A DNA stretch of 24,161 bases from an uncultured Aquificales bacterium (lineage in GTDB: Bacteria > Thermosulfidibacterota > Thermosulfidibacteria > Thermosulfidibacterales > JALWSI01): assembly GCA_964593115.1 (NCBI GenBank), contig CAZQJB010000001.1, positions 1 to 24,161 on the forward strand, given 5' to 3'. Each line of letters begins with the position of its first letter. Position 1 is the stretch's first letter. Position numbers and translations under genes: made by a program. The notes under the pieces are model-generated. The model searched no databases and had not been told where the DNA came from. It worked only from the letters and a program-made list of their open reading frames with translations. Below are positions 16,882 to 24,161 of the stretch, piece after piece.

Positions 16882-18792
16882 TTAAGACTTCTCTTCGTAC
16901 TCTGCGTCCACCACCTCTCCTTCTTCCACGTTGCCATCACCGCTCTCCGAGGCCCCTGCCGATTCGCCGGTAGAGGCGTCTCCCCCTGCCGCTTGCTGCT
17001 GGTAGAGCACCTGGGACATGGCGTGGGATGCAGCGGTTAGGTTGTCCATTGCGGTGCGCATGCGCTCTATGCTGCCGTCCTCCACCGCCTTCTTAGCATC
17101 CTCAAGGGCAGACTCCACCCTCTGTCTCTCGGCATCAGGCAGTTTATCCTTGTTTTCGTTGTAGGTCTTCTCCACGCTGTAGCAGAACCCGTCGAGCTGG
17201 TTCTTAAGCTCTATCTCCTCCTTGCGCCTCTTGTCCTCCTCTGCGTGGGCCTCGGCCTCTTCCACCATCTTCTTGATGTCGTCCTCGCTAAGGCCGCTGG
17301 AGGCGGTGACGGTTATCTTCTGCTCCTTGCCCGTGGCCATGTCTTTTGCCGAGACGTGGAGTATGCCGTCGGCGTCTATGTCGAAGGTGACCTCTATCTT
17401 GGGCACGCCTCTTGGTGCAGGGGGAATCCCGTCCAGATGGAACCTGGCAAGTGTCCTGTTGTCCTTTGCCAGGGGTCTCTCGCCCTGCAGAACGTGTATC
17501 TCGACGCTGGGCTGGTTGTCGGCGGCGGTGGTGAAGATCTCGGACTTCTTCGTGGGTATGGTGGTGTTTCGGGGGATCAGCACCGTGCACACTCCGCCAA
17601 GGGTCTCTATGCCCAGAGAGAGGGGGGTAACGTCGAGCAGCAGTATGTCCTTCACCTCTCCCGTTAGCACCCCCGCCTGCACAGCGGCTCCAAGGGCCAC
17701 GGCCTCGTCAGGGTTGATGTCTTTGCGGGGCTCTTTGCCGAATATCTCTTTCACTTTCATCTGAACCAGGGGGATACGGGTAGAGCCTCCCACCAGGATC
17801 ACGTCGTCGATGTCCGCAGGGGTGAGGCCCGCATCCTCCATGGCCTTCAGACAGGGCGAAACCGTACGCTCAACGATGTCGGCGATGAGCTGCTCAAACC
17901 TGGCCCTGGTGAGTTTAAGCAGCAGGTGCTTTGGTCCAGATGCGTCGGCAGTTATGAAGGGCAGGTTTATCTCTGTCTCCATCACCGACGAGAGCTCGCA
18001 CTTGGCCTTTTCGGCGGCCTCTTTGAGCCTCTGGGCGGCCATGGGGTCCTTGGAGAGGTCTATTCCGTTCTCTTTCTTGAACTCTTCCACGATCCAGTCC
18101 ATCACCACCTGGTCGATGTTGTCTCCACCTAAGTGGGTGTCTCCGTTCACAGACTTCACCTCGAAGACGCCGTCTCCCATCTCGAGGATGGATATGTCGA
18201 AGGTGCCGCCACCAAAGTCGTACACGGCTATTTTACCGCCCTTCTTCTTGTCCATGCCGTAGGCAAGGGCAGACGCCGTGGGCTCGTTCACCAGGCGCAG
18301 CACCTCGAGCCCGGCTATGGTTCCAGCCTCCTTGGTGGCCTTTCGCTGGGCGTCGTTGAAGTAGGCGGGAACGGTGATCACCGCCTTGCTAACCTTCTCT
18401 CCAAGGTATGCCTCTGCCGCCTCTTTCAGCTTGCGGAGCACCATGGCAGAGATCTCTTGTGGGGCATACTCTTTGTCCCCGATCTTCACCCTGGCCTCGC
18501 CCTTGCTGCCCTTGACCACCTTGTAGGGCACCATGCTGATCTCGTCGGTAACCTCTTCATAGCGACGGCCCATGAAGCGCTTGATGGAGAACACCGTGTT
18601 CTCGGCATTCGTCACCGCCTGGCGCTTGGCAACCTGGCCAACCAGAACCTCCCCGTCCTTGGTGAAGGCCACCACCGAGGGGGTCGTCCTGTTGCCCTCC
18701 TGGTTGGGGATGACCTGGGGCTGACCACCCTCCATTATGGCCACCACTGAGTTGGTGGTACCAAGATCTATTCCAATAACCTTCTCACCCAT
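16882..18792 (-). CDS. dnaK: Molecular chaperone DnaK (Hsp70)
   Basis: [53 protein letters not shown], and C-terminal VVDAEYEE. Start ATG 18792, 7 nt after the AGGAGGAG RBS. Confidence 0.98.
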   Translation of the reverse strand: MGEKVIGIDLGTTNSVVAIMEGGQPQVIPNQEGNRTTPSVVAFTKDGEVLVGQVAKRQAVTNAENTVFSIKRFMGRRYEEVTDEISMVPYKVVKGSKGEARVKIGDKEYAPQEISAMVLRKLKEAAEAYLGEKVSKAVITVPAYFNDAQRKATKEAGTIAGLEVLRLVNEPTASALAYGMDKKKGGKIAVYDFGGGTFDISILEMGDGVFEVKSVNGDTHLGGDNIDQVVMDWIVEEFKKENGIDLSKDPMAAQRLKEAAEKAKCELSSVMETEINLPFITADASGPKHLLLKLTRARFEQLIADIVERTVSPCLKAMEDAGLTPADIDDVILVGGSTRIPLVQMKVKEIFGKEPRKDINPDEAVALGAAVQAGVLTGEVKDILLLDVTPLSLGIETLGGVCTVLIPRNTTIPTKKSEIFTTAADNQPSVEIHVLQGERPLAKDNRTLARFHLDGIPPAPRGVPKIEVTFDIDADGILHVSAKDMATGKEQKITVTASSGLSEDDIKKMVEEAEAHAEEDKRRKEEIELKNQLDGFCYSVEKTYNENKDKLPDAERQRVESALEDAKKAVEDGSIERMRTAMDNLTAASHAMSQVLYQQQAAGGDASTGESAGASESGDGNVEEGEVVDAEYEEKS

Positions 18793-18834
18793 GTGCACGC
18801 TCCTCCTTTGCGTCCTGGTCTTGTTTCAATCCAC

Positions 18835-18862
18835 AAGATATTCCTGAACCAGAATTTGTCAA
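18835..18862 (-). promoter_or_regulatory. Putative sigma70-type promoter of the dnaK operon
   Basis: Minus strand TTGACA (18862-18857), 16-nt spacer, TATCTT (18840-18835). Lies ~40 nt upstream of the dnaK ATG, with an AT-rich UP-like tract further upstream. Confidence 0.6.
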
Positions 18863-18863
18863 G
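18843..18863. promoter_or_regulatory. HAIR-like (HspR) operator overlapping the dnaK -35 element
   Basis: Minus strand CTTGACA-N7-GTTCAGG versus HAIR consensus CTTGAGT-N7-ACTCAAG (5/7 and 4/7 matches, identical spacing). ATAT flanks extend the dyad to 18838-18867. hspR is in the operon. Confidence 0.6.
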
Positions 18864-19193
18864 ATATGTTATTATTTAATTGTAAGATATTTTTGGGCTC
18901 CACGAGAAACGCCAAGAAAAATACAGAGATAGACTGCTGGAGATCCCATCTTCAGGGTGAAATGGATGGCAGGAACCTATCAAACCGGGCAGAACCTGTA
19001 TCTGCAGAAACCGGGAGTGCCGTTCAAGTTAATGGAAGAGATAGTGATGATGACGGGGTGAAACGTCTATCTAGAGCAAGGGGGCCAGGTGGTTTGCAAT
19101 TCAGGCGACATGCCCTTGTCGTAAGCCGGTTGAAAACCAGGGGCTTTTGGTCCATGGTATTGGTTGGAAAGCTTGCAGTAGAGGGTGCAGAGC

Positions 19194-21746
19194 ATGGGGG
19201 CAATCATGGTGCAGAGACCAGAGTTGATCCGGGTAAAGGCGTCGGCGGGGGCAGGTAAGACATACCAGCTCGCGCTCAGGTACATATCCCTGCTGAAAGG
19301 TCTTGGAGAACCGTCTGGCAGCAGGCTGCGAAGCATAGTGGCCATAACCTTCACAAACAAGGCCGCCGCCGAGATGAAGGAGAGAATACTTCTGTTTCTG
19401 AAAGAGATCGCCTTCAAGACCGAACGTGGAAAAGAGCTGCAAGAGCTGACTGGCCTCTCGCCCCAGGAGGCCAAGGGGTGGGTGGACACAATAGTGGGCA
19501 ACTACTCGGACTTCCAGGTTCGGACCATAGACAGTCTTCTTTACGCCATGCTCAAGGGGTTATCTTTCGAGCGGGGCATGGACCCGGAGGCCGAGGTGCG
19601 GTTCGACCACGACCAGGTGATCAACCAGGCCTTCGAGCTGCTGGTGTCAGCTCCCGGAGGTGAACACCAAGGGTGCATAAACGAGGCCCTGAACACCTAC
19701 CTGAGAATAGAGAATAGCCCGGGGTTCTACCCCGAGCGCAATTTGAGAAGGAAGGCTGTTGAGCTACTCCAGAAGGTGCTTGGCAAAATAACCCTGGAGC
19801 AGAAGGGGATAGACGGGGCAGAGGTGGAAGAGGCCAGGAAGGCGGTGGAGGAAGGATTCAAGGACCTGGTCTCGGCAATAGATCCCCTGAAAGGGCAGAT
19901 AAAGCAAAACCTGCTAAGACCCATCTACGAGAGAGACGGGAGCAAAAAGGACCTTGATGTGGAGAAGATATGCGACCTCAAGTCCAAGGCGATCCTTAAA
20001 GAGGATAAGGGTTTAGACGCTATCTTCAAGAAGAAGGCCCTGGGCTCTATTGCCAAAGAAGATATGGATACCCTTGATGCGGCCAGAAACCGGCTTCGTG
20101 GGAGCATAGACAGGTACAGTGAACTACTGCCATACTGGAAGGCCCAGGGCTACATCCCCCTGCTAAGGGCCTTGAGCGAGCAGGTGGAAAGGCTATGCAG
20201 AGAGGAGAGGCTTGTGCTGGGAGGGGAATGGACCCGGGTGATAGGAGAGGAGATGGAGAGGGAGAACACGGTGCCCTTCATCGGTTCCATCTTCGGATGC
20301 CGGTTCGCCCACTTTCTCTTCGACGAGTTCCAGGACACCTCGAGGGACCAGTGGAATGCCATGCTGCCCATACTGCAAGAGGCCCTGGCCCAGGGGGGAA
20401 GCCTGCTGATTGTGGGAGACGTGAAGCAGGCCATCTACCGGTGGCGCGGTGGAGACTGGTGCCTGTTTGACGAGGTGGTTGGCCACCGTTCTCCCCTGCC
20501 CACCGGAGGGTGCATTAAGGAAGAGGTGCTGCAAGGCAACTTTCGCTCACACTCCGAGTTGGTGGGGTTCTTCAACTGGTTCTGCCAGCAACTGGCAGAC
20601 AAGGATAAGGTGAAGACGCTACTGCAAGAGAAGATTCTGGGGGATAATGCTCCTCCCTCTGTGGTGGAGGAGGCGGCGTCCTCAATCTCACAGGCATTCT
20701 CTGACCACAAACAGGAGCCCAAAAGGGATTTCTCTGGCCCCGCAACCATAGAGTTCTACCTGGTAGATGGAAATAACCAGGAGGAGACAAGGCAGAACCT
20801 GAGGCCCGCCTTCATGGAACGCATAAAGAAAGAGTGGGAGGCAAGAAAGGGCATAGAAGACAAGACCCAGGTGGCCGTTCTGGTAAGGAGCACGGATCAC
20901 GCCAGGCTGGTCTCGGGATGGCTCTTGCAAGAGGGAATACCCACGGTTACCGACGAGGCCCTTCAGTTACAGGTCTCCCAGGTGGTTAAGGGCCTGGTGT
21001 CACTGCTTCGTTACCTGTACGACCCTAAGGACAAGGCGGCCAGGTACGGGTTCTTGGCATCGGGCATCTGCAATAGCGTAACAGAAGATAAGCTGGCCTC
21101 CCAAGGGGCCGACTGGGAGAAGGGGGTATGGAGAGGAGAGCTTGAAGGCCTGAGAAAGGGCTTAGGCCTGCTTGCGAACAGGGGCTCACCCTACGAGGCG
21201 GTACAGGAGGCCATGGAGTTACTCAAGTTGGACAGGCGTCTAAAAGAAGACCTGGCACAACACCGCCCCTTCGTGGAGCAGTTGCTGGAGGTGATCCATA
21301 ACTTCCAGGCCAGGGAGGGTCCGAGCCTGGGGCGGTTCCTCTCGTTCTGGGACGAGGGTGGCGCCCAGGAGCAGGTTGGAATGCCCGAGAACATCCCGGC
21401 TGTCAGGGTGCTCACCATCCACAAGGCAAAGGGGCTTGAGTTTCCCGTGGTCTTCGTGCCCTTCACCGACTGGAAACTTCACCACCAAGGCATGGTGGAG
21501 GTTCACGAAGAAAGGCTTGCCGTGCTGGGCAGTTACGAAGCACTCCCACCCAAACTACAAGAGCTGAAGGCCAGGCTGTTGGCGCAGCAGGCCCAAGAGC
21601 TTCTAAACCTCTTCTACGTGGCCATCACCAGGGCCGAGGAGGCCCTATACCTCTTCTTGACCCCCAGGGGCCACGGGGTGGCAGAGTGGGTGAACGAGCT
21701 ATTCAAAAGGAAAGAGATGCCATGTCAGGTCCAAAGTTTAAGCTGA
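19194..21746 (+). CDS. addA: AddA/RecB-like UvrD-family helicase (helicase portion only)
   Basis: SF1 motifs ASAGAGKT, AITFTNKAAAEMKERI, TIDSL, DEFQDTS, VGDVKQAIYRWRGG, NFRS, VAVLVRS, TIHKAKGLEFPVV and FYVAITRAEEALY. Ends 28 codons after motif VI with no nuclease domain. Start may be 19185, 19194 or 19206. Confidence 0.88.
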   Translation: MGAIMVQRPELIRVKASAGAGKTYQLALRYISLLKGLGEPSGSRLRSIVAITFTNKAAAEMKERILLFLKEIAFKTERGKELQELTGLSPQEAKGWVDTIVGNYSDFQVRTIDSLLYAMLKGLSFERGMDPEAEVRFDHDQVINQAFELLVSAPGGEHQGCINEALNTYLRIENSPGFYPERNLRRKAVELLQKVLGKITLEQKGIDGAEVEEARKAVEEGFKDLVSAIDPLKGQIKQNLLRPIYERDGSKKDLDVEKICDLKSKAILKEDKGLDAIFKKKALGSIAKEDMDTLDAARNRLRGSIDRYSELLPYWKAQGYIPLLRALSEQVERLCREERLVLGGEWTRVIGEEMERENTVPFIGSIFGCRFAHFLFDEFQDTSRDQWNAMLPILQEALAQGGSLLIVGDVKQAIYRWRGGDWCLFDEVVGHRSPLPTGGCIKEEVLQGNFRSHSELVGFFNWFCQQLADKDKVKTLLQEKILGDNAPPSVVEEAASSISQAFSDHKQEPKRDFSGPATIEFYLVDGNNQEETRQNLRPAFMERIKKEWEARKGIEDKTQVAVLVRSTDHARLVSGWLLQEGIPTVTDEALQLQVSQVVKGLVSLLRYLYDPKDKAARYGFLASGICNSVTEDKLASQGADWEKGVWRGELEGLRKGLGLLANRGSPYEAVQEAMELLKLDRRLKEDLAQHRPFVEQLLEVIHNFQAREGPSLGRFLSFWDEGGAQEQVGMPENIPAVRVLTIHKAKGLEFPVVFVPFTDWKLHHQGMVEVHEERLAVLGSYEALPPKLQELKARLLAQQAQELLNLFYVAITRAEEALYLFLTPRGHGVAEWVNELFKRKEMPCQVQSLS

Positions 21747-22246
21747 AGATAAGGGGCTCCACGCCCTCGCCAGATAGGGTTGAGGCCATGAAGCGGGGAG
21801 ACATATTGCACAGGGCCCTGTCTCTTCTGGAAACAACCGGCTGCGAAGATTGGGAGAAACTGGTGAGGCGGGCGATCATTCTCGAAGGGGAGAGCCCCAG
21901 GGCGTGGGATACAGGGGAACTGGCAGCAATACTGGAGTCCATGTTCATAGAACACGGCGAGATGTTGGTACCGGAAGGGGCAAGGGTGTTTCGGGAACAG
22001 CCCATACTTCTGCCCCCTGAAACCGGGAACGAGAGGGTGGCGATACCCGACCTCGTGGTGGTGAAGGAGAATCAGGCGGTGGTGGTGGACTACAAAAGCA
22101 AAAAGCCCGAAAGCGAAGATACACTAAACGCATACCGTAACCAGGTGAACCTATACCTCGAGGTGGTGAAAGAGGCCTTTGGGGTGAAGGAGGCAGAGGG
22201 ATACCTTCTCTTTCTCACCCCCGAGCCTTTGCTGGAGAAGGTGTGA
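21722..22246 (+). CDS. RecB-family PD-(D/E)xK nuclease domain (detached AddA C-terminus)
   Basis: RGDILHRAL, REQPI, IPDLVVV, VVDYKS and YRNQVNLY are RecB-type nuclease motifs. In the -1 frame relative to the helicase, overlapping its end by 25 nt. ATG 21722 is preceded by AGGAAAGAG. Confidence 0.85.
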   Translation: MSGPKFKLKIRGSTPSPDRVEAMKRGDILHRALSLLETTGCEDWEKLVRRAIILEGESPRAWDTGELAAILESMFIEHGEMLVPEGARVFREQPILLPPETGNERVAIPDLVVVKENQAVVVDYKSKKPESEDTLNAYRNQVNLYLEVVKEAFGVKEAEGYLLFLTPEPLLEKV

Positions 22247-22248
22247 AG

Positions 22249-24161
22249 ATGGGCCGCATAGTTGCCGTGTACCCCAGGGTGAACCTGATGGAGGTGGTGG
22301 CAGAGCGGCTGCTCGAGATGAAGGAGATGCACCGCGCCACGGTGATCTTTCCCCATCGCAGGCCCATAGCCTTCTTAGAATACCACCTGAGCAAGCGAAT
22401 AAGCAAACCCTTGCTTTTGCCTATGCTGCGCTCCTTCGAGGACTGGGTGGTGGAGACGGCCGTCTCCTCACAGGCAGATCCGAAAGAACCCATAGGCGAG
22501 ATGGACCAGGCCTGGCTTGCTTGGAAGGCCACGGAGTCGGTCTTTTCAGAAGATGGTGTTAAGGCACCAACCTGGGGAGAGTTCTTTACCTGGGCCCTGA
22601 GACTGGCGCGCCTGTTCAAAGAGTTCGAGTCAGAGCTATGCGATCCCAGGGACATGGTGAACGCCCCGAAAAGCCTGGATGAGCGGGCCGCTGGCCTGCT
22701 CAAGAGAGTGGGCAAGATCCACGGCAGGTTCAGAGAACTGCTTGACGAAAATGGAATGACCACCCCGCCCATCATCCTGAGGGAGATGGCAGAAGGGGAA
22801 ACGGTCCCGCAGCTCAAGGGGCCCCTGCTGTTAGTAGGCTTCTACGCCCTTACCAGGGCCGAAGAGAGGCTGTTCAAGAAACTCTTTGACCAGGCAGAAA
22901 CAACCATCTACTGGCACTCAAACCCCGCCAACCTGGCGGAGTTTCACCGGGAGTGGAAAGAGAGGTGGGGGGTGACAGAGGTGGAGGAGATAGGCCCACA
23001 GGATGAAAATGGGCCAGAGATCCGCTTGTGCGAGGCATACGACCTGCACTCGCAGTTAAGGGAACTGAGTGAACGGTTGCCTGCCAAAGCTCCAAAATAC
23101 CCCCACAAGCAGGTGATAGTTCTGCCCACCGCTGATCCCCTTCTGCCTCTGCTCTACCACCTGCCCACAGAGAAGGTGAACGTGACCATGGGGTACCAGG
23201 TGAAGAACTCTACCCTCTTTGCTCTGCTGAAGGACCTGGCAGAGGTGGTCACCACCAAGAGAGAGGGTCTGGGCTACCGGACCAGGGAACTGCTTGAGCT
23301 GCTCAGAAGTCCCTTCATCTCTTCCATCTACGATGTGGAGAGGGTGCTGAAGAGCCATGCTTCACCCTTCGTCACCTTGGATGAACTAAAAAAGAGTCTG
23401 GACGAGGAGACTACCAGAAGGCTTGAGTGGGTGTTTAATAAGGTGATACTTCCGGTGGAGCGGGCCACCACCCCAGGGGAGCTCGCTCTCGCCGTACAGG
23501 AACTGCTCTCAATGGAAGAGTTGCGCCTTGGAGCCGTGGAGAAAGAGGTGGCCTCTGCCATGGTCTCTCACGGGGTGAGGCCCTTGCTACACTCGCTCTT
23601 CTGCAACGAGAAGATGGAGAGGCGAGAGCTGTTTGCCCTGTTTCTGCAGGTACTCTCTTCGCTTAGCCTGCCTTTGGAGGGGGAACCATTGGAAGGTCTT
23701 CAGGTGATGGGCCTGCTGGAGACCAGGGCATTGAACTTCGACGAGGTGTTCTTGCTCGACGCCAACGAGGGGGTACTGCCCCAGGTTGAAGAGGTGAATC
23801 CCCTGGTGCCCCACCAGGCGAGAAGGGAGGTGGGGCTCCCCCCGAGGCACCAAGAGGAGGCAATAACGAGACACCACTTCAGGAGACTCATGGAGAGCGC
23901 AGCCAAGGTGAACGTATTCTGGCAGTTCAAGACCACCAGCGGCGGCGAGGGCGGCATAGAGGGGAAAAAGGTGCGAAGCCGCTTCGTGGAAGAGCTTGTC
24001 TGGGAGCTGGAGCAGGAGAACAAGGGCATGCTTAAGGAGAGCGGCCAGCTCTTGTCCAGGGCAGGGTTACAAGTGCCGCCCACGGTGCTTAAGACCCCGG
24101 AACCAATGGAGAAAACCCTGTCAAAGGAGCAGCTGGTAGAGGCAATATCTCCCCTCTCTCC
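22249..24161 (+). CDS. addB: AddB-like subunit (inactive-helicase scaffold), truncated by the window edge
   Basis: Not in the ORF track because it has no stop in the window. Hand translation from ATG 22249 is open to the end (637 codons): MGRIVAVYPRVNL..VIFPHRRP..VGFYALTRAEE..PLEGEPLEGLQVMGLLETRALNFDEVFLLDANEGVLP..RSRFVEEL. These motifs are typical of AddB-like partners of UvrD helicases. Confidence 0.85.
   Translation, partial: MGRIVAVYPRVNLMEVVAERLLEMKEMHRATVIFPHRRPIAFLEYHLSKRISKPLLLPMLRSFEDWVVETAVSSQADPKEPIGEMDQAWLAWKATESVFSEDGVKAPTWGEFFTWALRLARLFKEFESELCDPRDMVNAPKSLDERAAGLLKRVGKIHGRFRELLDENGMTTPPIILREMAEGETVPQLKGPLLLVGFYALTRAEERLFKKLFDQAETTIYWHSNPANLAEFHREWKERWGVTEVEEIGPQDENGPEIRLCEAYDLHSQLRELSERLPAKAPKYPHKQVIVLPTADPLLPLLYHLPTEKVNVTMGYQVKNSTLFALLKDLAEVVTTKREGLGYRTRELLELLRSPFISSIYDVERVLKSHASPFVTLDELKKSLDEETTRRLEWVFNKVILPVERATTPGELALAVQELLSMEELRLGAVEKEVASAMVSHGVRPLLHSLFCNEKMERRELFALFLQVLSSLSLPLEGEPLEGLQVMGLLETRALNFDEVFLLDANEGVLPQVEEVNPLVPHQARREVGLPPRHQEEAITRHHFRRLMESAAKVNVFWQFKTTSGGEGGIEGKKVRSRFVEELVWELEQENKGMLKESGQLLSRAGLQVPPTVLKTPEPMEKTLSKEQLVEAISPLS

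Noticed and set aside
17222-18750. Several 140-205-aa ORFs antisense to dnaK
   Set aside because: Antisense ORFs opposite hsp70 genes are a known codon-bias effect. Here they are fragmented and carry no independent motifs.
19059-19061. TGA after the small ORF as possible selenocysteine readthrough
   Set aside because: No recognisable SECIS hairpin or selenoprotein motif, and another stop follows about 20 codons later.
18866-19258. 130-aa plus-strand ORF
   Set aside because: Starts inside the dnaK promoter island, has no RBS or motifs, and overlaps the addA start out of frame.
1-24161. CRISPR arrays, tRNA/rRNA genes, transposases or integrases
   Set aside because: No regularly spaced repeats, cloverleaf or rRNA signatures, or transposase/integrase motifs were seen by eye. 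A tRNAscan/Infernal run would be needed to exclude small RNAs.

Overview
GC-rich bacterial chromosomal window of mostly housekeeping genes. Gene types resemble those of anaerobic Desulfobacterota-like organisms, but the taxon cannot be established from this sequence. Left to right: GT4 glycosyltransferase and Fe-containing alcohol dehydrogenase (+); a minus-strand PHP hydrolase-YfgM/TPR-iorA-iorB operon; a divergent orphan hybrid histidine kinase with a periplasmic CxxCH sensor (+); an ApgM-type phosphoglycerate mutase with one altered metal ligand (-); fliW-csrA-tlyA (+; the ORF track labels fliW as minus, but it reads on the plus strand); a minus-strand heat-shock cluster dnaK-dnaJ(class II)-hspR-clpB-sigma70-family factor, trailed by a 5'-truncated ADP-ribosylglycohydrolase remnant; and a divergent addAB-like locus in which AddA is split into separate helicase and nuclease frames, while addB (absent from the track) runs off the right edge. 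The most notable items are: (1) a grpE-less, HspR-associated chaperone cluster whose clpB overlaps an alternative sigma factor with an RpoH-like -35 helix; (2) a HAIR-spaced inverted repeat over the dnaK promoter; (3) the split AddA; (4) the ARH remnant. No rRNA, tRNA, CRISPR array or intact mobile element was seen. No database searches could be run, so novelty is not established for any item.
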